From an uncultured bacterium (GTDB taxonomy: Bacteria; Planctomycetota; UBA8108; UBA1146): a DNA stretch of 64,000 nt. Below, piece after piece: positions 1-10,070 of this stretch. Position numbers and translations under genes: made by a program. Each line of letters opens with the position of its first letter. Within the stretch, counting starts at the first letter, position 1. The notes beneath the pieces were generated by a model. It saw only the letters and a program-made list of their open reading frames with translations, did not search any database and had not been told where the DNA came from. The stretch is taken from NCBI GenBank assembly GCA_938075155.1, contig CALJGL010000011.1, forward strand, positions 78,992-142,991. The letters run 5' to 3'.

Positions 1-1128
1 GTCAACGAGACCTCGGTAAGTGTTTTGACCTTGGCCAGCGCTAATACCTTTGGAGATAATAGTGCTTCGGGTTCGCTTACCTAGATGAACCATTTTGGTA
101 CCGGTATCAGCCTGTTGATGATTATTGGTCAAGGCCACTGAATAGAACTCTCCAATAGAGTCGTCCCCTTGGAGAATGCAAGAAGGATACTTCCAAGTAA
201 TGGCGCTACCCGTCTCCACCTGAGTCCAGGAAATCTTGGAGCGATCTCCCTTACACAAGCCTCGCTTAGTGACAAAGTTGTAGATTCCGCCGACGCCATC
301 GGCATCGCCTGGATACCAATTTTGTACAGTGGAGTACTTAATGGTGGCGTCCTCTAGAGCGACGAGCTCAACCACAGCGGCGTGCAACTGGTTTTCATCT
401 CTCATGGGTGCAGTACACCCTTCCAGATAGGAAACCGTCGACTTCTCATCAGCAACGATCAGGGTTCGCTCAAACTGACCAGTTCCTGCGGCATTGATTC
501 GGAAGTACGTCGACAACTCCATAGGGCAGGCCACTCCCTTAGGGATGTAGCAGAATGATCCATCGGAGAAGACCGCAGCATTGAGTGCCGAGTAAAAGTT
601 ATCTGTGTATGGAACGACCGAGCCCAGATACTTCTTAATCAGATCCGGATGTTCTTTCACAGCGTCACTGAATGAACCGAAGATAATTCCCAGTTCAGCC
701 AGTTTATCGCTGAAGGTCGTGGCCACAGAAACACTATCAAAGACAGCGTCCACAGCCACATTGCTCAGACGTTTTTGCTCTTCTAAGGAAATCCCCAACT
801 TCTCAAATGTTTCAAGAAGTTCAGGATCCACTTCATCGAGACTATCCAGCTGTTTTTTTGGCTTAGGAGCACTGTAGTAAATCAGGTCTTGGTAGTTGAC
901 CGTATTCTTATTAACCTTCGCCCAAGCGGGATCCTCCATGGTTTGCCAATGACGAAACGCCTTCAGACGAAAATCAAGAAGCCAATCAGGCTCCCCTTTT
1001 CGTTTGACGATTTCGCGGATGGTGTCTTCATCAAGTCCCGGAGGTATAGAATCCGCCTCGACATCAGTGACGAAACCGAATTCATATTCCTTGTCGGCAA
1101 GTTTCTGTAACTCTTCTGCTTCAGACAT
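1..1128 (-). CDS. sufB: Fe-S cluster assembly protein SufB (3'-truncated by the window edge)
   Basis: Not in the ORF track; translated by hand from ATG 1128: [22 protein letters not shown]...YLEGCTAP...LHAAVVE...[11 protein letters not shown]...[11 protein letters not shown]...[17 protein letters not shown]...QQADTGTKM. Classic SufB motifs, open to position 1. Confidence 0.97.
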   Translation of the reverse strand, partial: MSEAEELQKLADKEYEFGFVTDVEADSIPPGLDEDTIREIVKRKGEPDWLLDFRLKAFRHWQTMEDPAWAKVNKNTVNYQDLIYYSAPKPKKQLDSLDEVDPELLETFEKLGISLEEQKRLSNVAVDAVFDSVSVATTFSDKLAELGIIFGSFSDAVKEHPDLIKKYLGSVVPYTDNFYSALNAAVFSDGSFCYIPKGVACPMELSTYFRINAAGTGQFERTLIVADEKSTVSYLEGCTAPMRDENQLHAAVVELVALEDATIKYSTVQNWYPGDADGVGGIYNFVTKRGLCKGDRSKISWTQVETGSAITWKYPSCILQGDDSIGEFYSVALTNNHQQADTGTKMVHLGKRTRSTIISKGISAGQGQNTYRGLVD

Positions 1129-1609
1129 TCTTGTCCTTCATTCTCCCTTGTTCGGTCTCTGAGATTTTTCCAGCGGCAGCCAGCACTCCACCCGGAATAG
1201 CCATCTGCTCAAGCGTGATATTCTCCAGAGTCTCAACAATTCGATCGTTGATAAATTTCCAATTTTCACTCATCGGGCACAGTGATCCCACGTCACATTG
1301 ATCTGGTCCACCCTCCGCACAGTCGGTCATGGCAATGGGACCATCGAGGGCCGTGATCACCTGCTGAATCGAAATCTCTGCTGAAGGACGAGATAATTGG
1401 TATCCGCCTTGGACACCCCTTCTCGATTCGAGGATTTCCCCCCGAACCAAAGCTTTCAAAATCTTGCTGACATTGGGCAGTGCGAGCCCTGAGGTCATAG
1501 CGATTTCCGGAGCAGAAAGAAGACGACGGGGGTGCTCCCCCTCACCTTCCCTGATCAGGCAGGTCAGAATCATGATTCCGTAATCGGTTTGACGATTCAG
1601 GCGCAACAT
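1121..1609 (-). CDS. Rrf2-family SUF system transcriptional regulator
   Basis: [11 protein letters not shown]..., wHTH segment [14 protein letters not shown], three Cys (DCAE...QCDVGSLCP). Overlaps the sufB start. Start reassigned to ATG 1609. Confidence 0.9.
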   Translation of the reverse strand: MLRLNRQTDYGIMILTCLIREGEGEHPRRLLSAPEIAMTSGLALPNVSKILKALVRGEILESRRGVQGGYQLSRPSAEISIQQVITALDGPIAMTDCAEGGPDQCDVGSLCPMSENWKFINDRIVETLENITLEQMAIPGGVLAAAGKISETEQGRMKDKNV

Positions 1610-1695
1610 ACCTCGAATACCCTTTCCGGTTCTCTCCGTGCCTCCTGTGTCACTTCGTGGTGATTTCATCCCGCCGAAGACCCCAGGAAAACTCA

Positions 1696-1750
1696 AATGA
1701 GGACCAATCTGGTCCTGATTAGATTCTCCCACTCTGGGGGTAACCGTCAA
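1696..1750 (-). promoter_or_regulatory. Putative suf promoter (TTGACG-16-GAGAAT) with a palindromic operator at the start site
   Basis: Minus-strand TTGACG at 1750-1745 and GAGAAT at 1728-1723. Dyad AATgAGGACCA-ATC-TGGTCCTgATT at 1696-1720. Confidence 0.6.
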
Positions 1751-1827
1751 GTGATCCCACAAGTGAAGTTGGGTCTGGTGGTTGAATTGCCTTCCAACCA
1801 CTAAACTCCCATGGACAGGAGAGTGAT

Positions 1828-2787
1828 TTGAAAGAAACCCAAGACCAACCGAATCAGCCCGATTCTTCGAAAAACGAGGATCCGGGGCTCATTTCGGACC
1901 TCATTCAACTGGCCAAACCTAGACTCACGCTCCTAGTCGTCATCACCGCGAGCCTGGGTGTCGCGACCTCATGGTCGTTTACTGACGTGAGTTCTTTTAG
2001 AGGGACGACCGATCAATGGCTCGATCGTTGGGGAGCACTGCTCGCCATCTCTGCAGGAACCGCCCTCCTCGCTGCGGCAGCAAATTCCTTGAACATGCTA
2101 TGGGAACGTAAACAAGACCAACTGATGAAGCGCACGGCTGTCAGAGCAACAGCAAGGGGAAGAGTCGGAGCAGGGATCGTTATTCCCTATTCATTCATAA
2201 CGGGATCACTCGGTAGCTATATGGTCTGGCAGGGTGGAACTGTCTTCGCTGCAATTCTCGGTATCGTCAGTCTCTTGCTCTACGTTCTTGTCTACACTCC
2301 GTTAAAAATGCGAACGACTCTCAACACACTCTTTGGTGCTATACCCGGAGCACTTCCGCCCATGATTGGTTGGTGCGGGGCCGGTGGATCACCTTTACAT
2401 CCTGTAGGGCTAACACTCTTTGGCATTCTCTTTATTTGGCAGATACCCCATTTTCTCGCGATCGCTTGGATGCACCGAGCCGAATACGAAAAAGCAGGAT
2501 TCAGAATGCTTCCCAGCATCGACAAAGATGGGCATCGCACTGCACTGACCGCGCTACTCTGGTCACTGCTTCTTTGGGGCGTCAGTCTCATTCCAACATT
2601 GATGCAAACAGCGGGCTGGATCTATTTGGGAGTTTCGAGCTTGGGTGGAATATATATGTCATACAGATCCTACCAACTGCTTAAAGAGAGAAGCCGCCCT
2701 GCTGCTAGAAGTTTGTTTTTCGCAAGCCTGTTGTACCTTCCGATCGTACTGGGAGCACTCGTTGCAGATGCGGGTCCCATTTCATGA
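1828..2787 (+). CDS. cyoE: Protoheme IX farnesyltransferase (heme O synthase)
   Basis: LAKPRL, NMLWERKQDQLMKRT, YTPLK, GAIPGALPPMIGW, WQIPHFLAIAW motifs; polytopic membrane protein. Confidence 0.95.
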   Translation: MKETQDQPNQPDSSKNEDPGLISDLIQLAKPRLTLLVVITASLGVATSWSFTDVSSFRGTTDQWLDRWGALLAISAGTALLAAAANSLNMLWERKQDQLMKRTAVRATARGRVGAGIVIPYSFITGSLGSYMVWQGGTVFAAILGIVSLLLYVLVYTPLKMRTTLNTLFGAIPGALPPMIGWCGAGGSPLHPVGLTLFGILFIWQIPHFLAIAWMHRAEYEKAGFRMLPSIDKDGHRTALTALLWSLLLWGVSLIPTLMQTAGWIYLGVSSLGGIYMSYRSYQLLKERSRPAARSLFFASLLYLPIVLGALVADAGPIS

Positions 2788-3758
2788 ACAGACCCGTTTC
2801 CTCAAAAGGAGATCGATTCAAGTTCAGAGCTTTGATACTGGTGCTCTCAGTGCTCCTTGTTTCCGTCGCAGCATGGCGAATACCACATCTTTCCAGAGCT
2901 CTTCAAGAAGCCCAGCGTCTCGGACCTCAAGGCTTCAAGACCAACGGATTCGATATTCCAGAATCTCTGATAGAAGACCCCACCTTCGTGCGCTGGGGAG
3001 TCCCTGGGCAAATCACATCGGTCGATATGCCCGAAGTATGGGGACAAGCAAAAGTCATAGAACTCGGATCCTCGTTCAGAAAAAGGTTTCTAGTTTCTTC
3101 CAGCGAAGTCGTAGGTGTTCGTTTTAACGGAGAATCTCGTGCCTACCCACTGAGGCTTCTTCAATGGCACGAAGTCGTCAACGACGTCGTCGGCGGTGTG
3201 CCTATATGCGTGATTTATCACCCACTGTCAGAAACTCTCTGCGTCTTTGAACGCAAATCGACATCGACCTCTGTAGAACCTCCTCTCTTTGGAACGAGCG
3301 GTTTGATTCTCGATTGTTGCTTGTTGATTCACGATCGCTTGGGACCAGATCAACGAAAACTCGAAAGTCTATGGAGTCCGGTCGATGGGAAAGCCCTCTT
3401 CGGTCCTCGATCTGGAGAAGAACTCCAACTGCTTCCCTTTTCCCTGACGACTTGGAATGAGTGGCTAGAAGAATCTCCGTCTACAGACGTGATGGCCATG
3501 CTCGAATCACATCGCAACTACTACAAGAAAGAGCCTTATCTTCCTTATCGCCAACGTGATTTACCTCGGTATCCGTTTGCCCCAGTTGCCAAAGATACAT
3601 ATAAAAATCTCGCAAGAGTTCAACTGACCCGAGATTCAGGCCAATGGCGAGTAGCGATCGTCGACGAGGATCAATTCCGTATTGATAATGGGGCGTATGC
3701 CGTCAGTTCCTGGTTTGCTGTTCATGCCCGGGAACTAGAGTTCGAGACGCCCCGATAA
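2784..3758 (+). CDS. DUF3179-like membrane-anchored protein
   Basis: N-terminal TM helix; RAYPLRLLQWHEVVND.VGG, FGTSG, SLWS and TTWNEW motifs. ATGA overlap with cyoE. Confidence 0.75.
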   Translation: MNRPVSSKGDRFKFRALILVLSVLLVSVAAWRIPHLSRALQEAQRLGPQGFKTNGFDIPESLIEDPTFVRWGVPGQITSVDMPEVWGQAKVIELGSSFRKRFLVSSSEVVGVRFNGESRAYPLRLLQWHEVVNDVVGGVPICVIYHPLSETLCVFERKSTSTSVEPPLFGTSGLILDCCLLIHDRLGPDQRKLESLWSPVDGKALFGPRSGEELQLLPFSLTTWNEWLEESPSTDVMAMLESHRNYYKKEPYLPYRQRDLPRYPFAPVAKDTYKNLARVQLTRDSGQWRVAIVDEDQFRIDNGAYAVSSWFAVHARELEFETPR

Positions 3759-3782
3759 AGGACGTGCTCTCCATCAAAAGGG

Positions 3783-4397
3783 CTAAGCGAGCCATAGTAG
3801 GAATGCGAATAATCCTACCCAGACTCCTCCGAGAAAGTGCCAATACAATGTGACTTGCTGGACGGTGATATGATGCAGACTCCAGTAGCCACCGCGCGTT
3901 GCATAAGAAGTCACATAAGCCTGAAAAACCAATCCACCCGCTAAGTGCAGTGCATGAATCAATCCAAGAGCATAAATAGTCCAGCCATGGAGAGAAGAAC
4001 TGGCATTAAAGCTCCCATCTCCTCCTGACAACATCTGCTGCCAAACCTGTTCCTGCAGAAATAGAAAAACAAATCCAAGAATCAGGACCAGCCACATGCA
4101 AGCCTTAAAGAGGCGAAGCGAATCCTCTCTGACAGAGGACAATCCCAGCTGAGAAAACACACTAATTAAAAGGATGACACCCGTGCTGACCCAGGCAAGG
4201 TCGGGAATAGGAGGGGCATTTTCTCCCCAGTTGGGAGAAGAATTCCTAATGATAACGATCCCGATGATACTCGCGATGAAGAAGACACCTATTGAGGACA
4301 AGAAGAGCCACATTCCCATGCGAATAGCGATGGGATTTGGGGGAGACGGTAACGTCTCCCCTTCCTCTAACCTTGATTGCAAAGACTCCTCGGTCAA
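3783..4397 (-). CDS. Cytochrome c oxidase subunit III-like protein (second copy)
   Basis: GMWLFL, IHALHLAGG, LYWHFLGGVW; about five TM helices; last gene of the cox operon. Confidence 0.85.
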   Translation of the reverse strand: MTEESLQSRLEEGETLPSPPNPIAIRMGMWLFLSSIGVFFIASIIGIVIIRNSSPNWGENAPPIPDLAWVSTGVILLISVFSQLGLSSVREDSLRLFKACMWLVLILGFVFLFLQEQVWQQMLSGGDGSFNASSSLHGWTIYALGLIHALHLAGGLVFQAYVTSYATRGGYWSLHHITVQQVTLYWHFLGGVWVGLFAFLLWLA

Positions 4398-4428
4398 TTC
4401 CTTCTCCGGTCAGAAGTTCTGACGAAAT

Positions 4429-4884
4429 CTAGTCGCTGGGATTAAACTGCGTCTCAAGTATTGTCGGATCCACGATCAGGTTTTCCTTGTACTCACCGGT
4501 ATCGAGAAGGGCAAAGCCCAAAAAGATTCCAAGGAAAAGAAATGACCCGACGAGAATGATGGCATTGAAGGGTCTATCCCACCTCAAGTGCATGAAATAC
4601 AACGAGACCAAAATGGCTTTAATGGTTGCGACACCCATTGCCACGATGATGTTCAGGGACCCTAAGTCGATGTAAGAAACTCCTACGGTGATCCATGTTA
4701 AAAACAAGAGAGCCGTCAGAATTGTCATCATTAGAACCGTAGGGGTCATATGACCCACAACCGGATGAGGATCCTTGGTTCCTTTAGTCATCTTCCCCAC
4801 CACAAGAGTGACAAGGAGACTTAAAAAGGCTGCCGACAGGATGAGCCAGTCGACGTTATTCAGAAGTTTTTCAACGATGCTCAT
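4429..4884 (-). CDS. caa3-type cytochrome c oxidase subunit IV family protein
   Basis: LLFLTWITV...VATIKAILVSLYFMHLRWD. Start set at ATG 4884, preceded by AGGAGG. Confidence 0.85.
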   Translation of the reverse strand: MSIVEKLLNNVDWLILSAAFLSLLVTLVVGKMTKGTKDPHPVVGHMTPTVLMMTILTALLFLTWITVGVSYIDLGSLNIIVAMGVATIKAILVSLYFMHLRWDRPFNAIILVGSFLFLGIFLGFALLDTGEYKENLIVDPTILETQFNPSD

Positions 4885-4892
4885 GATGCCTC

Positions 4893-5855
4893 CTATTCCA
4901 CAAGGTAAAGCAAGGGAAAGAGGTAAATCCAAATCAGATCCACCAAGTGCCAGTACAAACCACCCAAGTCCACCGGGGTGAAGAATTCAGGACCGATACG
5001 GCCCTTCGCTACCAGCACCATCAACCAGACCATGACGGCCATGCCGATCAACACGTGAATCCCATGGAGTCCCGTTAAACAGAAGTAGATACTGAAGAAC
5101 ACATGAGCATTGGGTGGCCTGGCCGATTTCGGCAGTTCCGCAGGGGGGATATATAACCCCTCGCCTTCCGGATGACCGCTCTGCTTTTCGATCTCCATGT
5201 CGATTTCATCCTGATTGATAGCCCGTCCTCCGGGAGCCATCGCTGGAGTTTTGACCTGCCCCTTCGCCTTGGGCTCAATCAACACCACTTCTGCAAGTGG
5301 ACGAGAGATATCGGTCTTTTGTGCAACCACATTGAGTTCGAGGAGATCCCTCTCCGCCTCTGCCGTTGTAACAGTGGCGTATGAGAAACTCTGGCCTGGG
5401 AAGAGTCCCTCATGGAATTTTTTCGAGTACTCAATGTACTTGATTCCCATGAAGCCCAATCCGCATACGAATGTGATGGATAGAAAAAACAGAATTCTGT
5501 TTTTACGACCCAGCTGCGCTTCACGAACGGCGAGAGCCATCGTCAAGGAAGAGAACAGCAAGACCATCGTATTCGTGGCTCCCCATCTCTTGTCGAGGAA
5601 CTGGTGTCCCCATTCAAAGAGCTCGGGATGGTTCGCCTTGTAAACAGTGTAGAAACAGAACAATCCCCCGAAGAGAAGAACCTCGGTTGCCAGAAATAGC
5701 CACATTCCGAGCTTACCTGCTTCGAATTGTTGCTGAAGACTGTCAAAGTGGTGCGCGAGATGAGGAGAGTGGCCATGGCCATGCCCATCACCGTGTTCAC
5801 CGGCAGCTTCTTCGGGTTTTTCCTGATGCGCGTCGCCGCTCATCTTATCTCCCAT
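4893..5855 (-). CDS. ctaE: Cytochrome c oxidase subunit III
   Basis: KLGMWLFLATEVLLFGGLF, NTMVLLFSS, TGLHGIHVLIG, GLYWHLVDLIWIYLFPLLYL. Confidence 0.92.
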   Translation of the reverse strand: MGDKMSGDAHQEKPEEAAGEHGDGHGHGHSPHLAHHFDSLQQQFEAGKLGMWLFLATEVLLFGGLFCFYTVYKANHPELFEWGHQFLDKRWGATNTMVLLFSSLTMALAVREAQLGRKNRILFFLSITFVCGLGFMGIKYIEYSKKFHEGLFPGQSFSYATVTTAEAERDLLELNVVAQKTDISRPLAEVVLIEPKAKGQVKTPAMAPGGRAINQDEIDMEIEKQSGHPEGEGLYIPPAELPKSARPPNAHVFFSIYFCLTGLHGIHVLIGMAVMVWLMVLVAKGRIGPEFFTPVDLGGLYWHLVDLIWIYLFPLLYLVE

Positions 5856-5857
5856 CT

Positions 5858-7597
5858 TCAGGCCAAGCCTTTAGAGCTCTGGCTGGAGTAGTTCCCGGTT
5901 ACGGGATCATAGTCGAATTGATCGAGTTCGTATGGATCTGTCGCAGAAGGAACCCCGTGGAAGTTTTCCAGAGGAGGTGGCGACGGTGTATGCCACTCAA
6001 GACTGTTTCCACCCCATGGATTCATCGGAGCTTTCTTGCCCGATACCAGCGATTGGATCAGATAGAAAGCTGTCAGGAAGAATCCCGCAGCCATCACGTA
6101 TGAACCAATCGTCGAAAGTTGGTGGTAGATTTGAAACTTGTCTTCATATGTGTAGTAACGACGAGGCATACCCAGTGAGCCCATGACAAACTGCGGAATG
6201 AACGTCAAATTGAATCCAATGAATACAAGCATGCACGCGATGCGGCCCCAGAATTCATTGAACATGCGACCCGTCATTTTTGGCCACCAATGGTGAAGTC
6301 CCCCAACAAACGCGATCAAGGCACTTCCCATCATGACGTAATGAAAGTGTGCGACCACGAAGTAGGTGTCGTGCAGATGGGTATCAATACTCAATACGCC
6401 TAGGAACAAACCTGTCAATCCGCCGATGGTGAATAGGAATATAAAGGCGATACCGTAAAGCATTGATGTGTTGAGATTGATGGACCCTTTGTACATCGTT
6501 GCTATCCAGTTGAAGACCTTGATCGCGGAAGGGATTCCCACAGAGAAGGTAATACCACTGAAGATGATGTTCATCATAGTGGACTGACCACTCGTGAACA
6601 TGTGGTGACCCCAAACGATGAAGGAGAAGATAGCAATCGCAACTGACGAGTATGCGATGTAACGGTATCCAAAGATTCTTTTGTGACTATGAACCGCGAT
6701 GATTTCACTGATCACTCCCATGGCAGGGATAATCATGATGTAAACCGCGGGGTGACTGTAGAACCAAAAGAAGTGCTGGTAGAGAACCGGGTCTCCTCCG
6801 TTTTGCGGATCGAAGATTCCAATTCCAAGGGTTCTCTCAAGAATCAAAAGCAGAAGCGTGATTCCAAGAACCGGAGTGGCCAAGACCTGAATGACAGCCG
6901 TTGAATAGGTCGCCCACAGGAACAAAGGCATGTTGAACCAAGTCATCCCCTTGGGTCGCATCTTGTGAATCGTCACAATGAAGTTGAGACCCGTGAAGAT
7001 ACTCGAGAAACCCAATATGAAGACGCCGACGACAGCAGGAATAACCGCTGTTGGCGAACTCGTACTGTATGGAGTGTAAAAGGTCCAACCCGTGTCCACG
7101 CCGCCACTGAAGAGCACGTAGACAAAGAAAGCTGCCCCGGACACCCAGAGATAGAATGATCCAAGGTTCAATCGTGGGAATGCCACGTCCTTCGCCCCCA
7201 ATAGGAGCGGCAGGACAAAGTTTCCAAGTGCAGCGGGCACTCCTGGAATGATGACCAGAAACACCATGATCGCACCGTGGGTTGTAAACCACTGGTTGTA
7301 CAGATCCGCCTGCGCCCCTGCATCACTTCCGGCAAACAGCGGCGTGATCAGCGGGATGGGAGAAAATAGTTCAGTTCTTACAAGAAGAGCGAACACTCCT
7401 CCAAGAAGAAACATCGACAGGACTCCCACCAGATACATCAAGCCAATACGCTTGTGATCAAGAGTGAACATCCAGGACGTCAACGTGTTCGTAACCGTCA
7501 GGTAACTGGGTCCGGAAATCTTCGTCTCATGAGAAGTCTGCTCGACTTCCTGAGAAGAGAGATCGGATCCAGTAGAGGCCTTTTCGTCGGGATTCAT
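5858..7597 (-). CDS. ctaD: Cytochrome c oxidase subunit I, A2 type
   Basis: [23 protein letters not shown] (YS motif of the A2 family), WGHHMF, AHFHY, GMPRRY. Confidence 0.98.
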   Translation of the reverse strand: MNPDEKASTGSDLSSQEVEQTSHETKISGPSYLTVTNTLTSWMFTLDHKRIGLMYLVGVLSMFLLGGVFALLVRTELFSPIPLITPLFAGSDAGAQADLYNQWFTTHGAIMVFLVIIPGVPAALGNFVLPLLLGAKDVAFPRLNLGSFYLWVSGAAFFVYVLFSGGVDTGWTFYTPYSTSSPTAVIPAVVGVFILGFSSIFTGLNFIVTIHKMRPKGMTWFNMPLFLWATYSTAVIQVLATPVLGITLLLLILERTLGIGIFDPQNGGDPVLYQHFFWFYSHPAVYIMIIPAMGVISEIIAVHSHKRIFGYRYIAYSSVAIAIFSFIVWGHHMFTSGQSTMMNIIFSGITFSVGIPSAIKVFNWIATMYKGSINLNTSMLYGIAFIFLFTIGGLTGLFLGVLSIDTHLHDTYFVVAHFHYVMMGSALIAFVGGLHHWWPKMTGRMFNEFWGRIACMLVFIGFNLTFIPQFVMGSLGMPRRYYTYEDKFQIYHQLSTIGSYVMAAGFFLTAFYLIQSLVSGKKAPMNPWGGNSLEWHTPSPPPLENFHGVPSATDPYELDQFDYDPVTGNYSSQSSKGLA

Positions 7598-7611
7598 TAT
7601 TGCGCTCCTTA

Positions 7612-8700
7612 CTACCTGAGGCTCTTGATGAACTCAGTGACCCAAAGGATCTCTTTGTCCGTCAACTTGACCACTGGCATCTGCCCGGTGTAACCGTCAG
7701 ATATTTTTTTCATCGGATAGCGAATCGATTCTTCAATGTAACTCTCGTCGGCAATAGCACTCCCTAGAGTGCCATTCTCCGTGTACTTCCTCTCGCTACC
7801 AAAGAGGCCTTTCCACGTCGGGCCAGTTTTATTGGCGCCATCCAGACTGTGACAACTGACGCAGCCTTTTCGCTTCCATACGATTTCGCCCAATTCGGGA
7901 AATGGGAGAGCCTCGTCATAGGATGCCGCCACTGCTAACCACTTGTCGAAGTCTTCTTGGGAAGGGTGCACCACGACCTTGCTGTGCATCGCTGAGTGCC
8001 CCTGACCGCAATATTCTGAACAATATAGTGAGTACACTCCAGGTTCAGTGGCTTCGAACCACAACTGGCCAATACGTCCAGGTACGCAGTCTTTTTTCAC
8101 CCGGAATGCCGGAATGAAAAGGGAATGCAGAACGTCGGCGGCAAGTACATTCACCTGAACCGGTGTATTGACGGGAACATGAAGTCCCGCCTTTTCGAGT
8201 ACTTTGGCTTCGCGCTCAGCAGCTTGTTCAGCAGTCAAATCACCCGTGCGTAATGCATTACGGATCTCGTTGAAATCTTCCGAAGCACCAGAAACGACAG
8301 TACCACTCGCAGGGTAGGAGAAATTCCATGACCACTTCGCAGCCTCTGCTGTGATGACCATCGCGTTCGAAGGAGGTGTCGCCATGGCGACATAGCCCTT
8401 GTAGCCGTACCAGAACATCATCAGCGAAAGAATCACCGGGATACCCGTCCAGGCGATCTCAAGAATCAGATTGTGATCATTCTGACTCGTGGCTTTCTGT
8501 CCTTCTGGAGCACTAAACTTCCACATGAAGATAATGAGAAGCGCAGTGATCAGGACGAGAAAGAAGATGGAAACCCAATAGACGAAGTAAAAGTCGCCGT
8601 CTACGGTTGGAGCAAAGTTGGAGACGGACTCCGGAAGCCAAAAGGATGGTCCGGTTTGTGTCGCCAAGCTTTGGAAACTTGAAGTGAGGAAATGCATCAT
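7612..8700 (-). CDS. ctaC: Cytochrome c oxidase subunit II with fused cytochrome c (caa3 type)
   Basis: LEIAWT, DVLHS, CuA motif [13 protein letters not shown]-terminal CVSCH heme site with a distal MP. Confidence 0.96.
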   Translation of the reverse strand: MMHFLTSSFQSLATQTGPSFWLPESVSNFAPTVDGDFYFVYWVSIFFLVLITALLIIFMWKFSAPEGQKATSQNDHNLILEIAWTGIPVILSLMMFWYGYKGYVAMATPPSNAMVITAEAAKWSWNFSYPASGTVVSGASEDFNEIRNALRTGDLTAEQAAEREAKVLEKAGLHVPVNTPVQVNVLAADVLHSLFIPAFRVKKDCVPGRIGQLWFEATEPGVYSLYCSEYCGQGHSAMHSKVVVHPSQEDFDKWLAVAASYDEALPFPELGEIVWKRKGCVSCHSLDGANKTGPTWKGLFGSERKYTENGTLGSAIADESYIEESIRYPMKKISDGYTGQMPVVKLTDKEILWVTEFIKSLR

Positions 8701-8764
8701 GATGCCTGCTCTCTCTGAGAGTCACTGGAGTCGTTTTCAACCTCTTCAGGAATTGCTCGCATGA

Positions 8765-9718
8765 CTAAAACCGCCCCGTCCTTTTGAGGACTAGCAAAAA
8801 GCCCCCCAAACCCATTACCGTTACGAGCCCGCCGAGTCGCATGACCAAGAGTGCCGTTGGACCGTATCTCGCCTTACTGGGATCGTAAACAAAACAGGTC
8901 AATATAATCTGATCTGCCCAAGTCCCCACTTTACCGCTGGAGGCTTCGACAAGTGCAAGTCGAAGAGTCTGTGGATCAAATTCGATCCCTTGAAGAGTTC
9001 GTGTCAGTTTCCCCTCAGGAGAAAGGATGAATGCCCCTGCTCCATGAGCGTACTCTTGGTTGTAGTCGTTCCATTGATAGTCAAATCCGACGCTATCAGC
9101 GATCAGTCGTAAGTTGCTCTCAGCGCCTGTGAGGAAGTTCCAGCCTTCTGCGGATTGATCGGTACTCACGCCCGTCAACTCGGCTTCTTCTTTAAAGACG
9201 TCGACGAGAGCCCGCTTTCTGTTGCGAGCGTCGAGGGCGCTGTCTCTGGGGTCGATACTCATCGTCACAACTTTGTAGTCGACACCCAGCGTCAATCCAC
9301 ACTCTGCCATCGACTTGATCATATTTTCTACGACAAGATTGCAGAGCATCGGGCAACTGAAATATATCGGATTGAAAATAACGGGTAATCCGGATTTAAA
9401 AACCTCACCCAGTGGAACACGCTTACCATTTGCAAGGCGCACTTCCTGATCCAACGGAACGGTGTTCCCTAAGCGATCAGTAATCGTAATTCCTTCAATG
9501 GATTTCAAAACAGGATCGTGTTCCTGCTTGTTCAATTCTCCAGGTGGCACAGATGGCGCTTGGCCAAAAACGAATCCACTAGAGAAGATCGCGAGTAAAA
9601 GAGCCACCTTGGGAATTTGAAAACAATCTACGAGGCCCGAGCAAAGCTGCGCAATGCAGTGCCCTGCCGGGAGTTGCTGTCTCTTTACCAGAAGTGATCT
9701 CTTTTGCATGAGTTTCAT
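8765..9718 (-). CDS. SCO-family copper chaperone
   Basis: YFSCPMLC (CxxxC), WNFLTG, YAHGAG, C-terminal CFVYDP plus TM helix; lies between the act and cox genes. Confidence 0.9.
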   Translation of the reverse strand: MKLMQKRSLLVKRQQLPAGHCIAQLCSGLVDCFQIPKVALLLAIFSSGFVFGQAPSVPPGELNKQEHDPVLKSIEGITITDRLGNTVPLDQEVRLANGKRVPLGEVFKSGLPVIFNPIYFSCPMLCNLVVENMIKSMAECGLTLGVDYKVVTMSIDPRDSALDARNRKRALVDVFKEEAELTGVSTDQSAEGWNFLTGAESNLRLIADSVGFDYQWNDYNQEYAHGAGAFILSPEGKLTRTLQGIEFDPQTLRLALVEASSGKVGTWADQIILTCFVYDPSKARYGPTALLVMRLGGLVTVMGLGGFLLVLKRTGRF

Positions 9719-9724
9719 GTCCGA

Positions 9725-10057
9725 TCAGTTCCCGGAAGTCCCGAATCGCTTCAGGACTTCTTCCTTACCCTGTTGTATCGGAATAGAGACGCGATTGTTG
9801 TCTCTATCCGTCCAGGAGTAGTTTTTCAGTTGAGAATTCTGGAGGCCTTGAACTTCTTCCAGCTCACGGCTTTGGTAGCGATTTCTTTCCTCAAGCACAG
9901 AGGCTTCTTCTACACCGGTCAGGAATACCAATAAGTATGCACTCACAACAAAAATGATAGTGAACACTATTCCGCCGTACCACGTTGGAATAGCACTCGG
10001 ATCATCTCCGGCACCTTCGAGTAAATGGGCGTCGTCCGCTGATTTATTTTCGTTCAA
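9725..10057 (-). CDS. Small single-TM protein of the ACIII/oxidase cluster
   Basis: TTG start after GGGAG; one TM helix; C-terminal LKNYSWTDRDNNRVSIPI; fills the gap between actF and SCO. Confidence 0.65.
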   Translation of the reverse strand: MNENKSADDAHLLEGAGDDPSAIPTWYGGIVFTIIFVVSAYLLVFLTGVEEASVLEERNRYQSRELEEVQGLQNSQLKNYSWTDRDNNRVSIPIQQGKEEVLKRFGTSGN

Positions 10058-10070
10058 CTTGAACTCCCTT

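Noticed and set aside
1-1128. Possible intein in SufB
   Set aside because: The hand translation is colinear with ordinary SufB over the visible part.
3181-3240. Selenocysteine recoding in the DUF3179-like gene
   Set aside because: No in-frame TGA at the motif position, which reads YHPLS.
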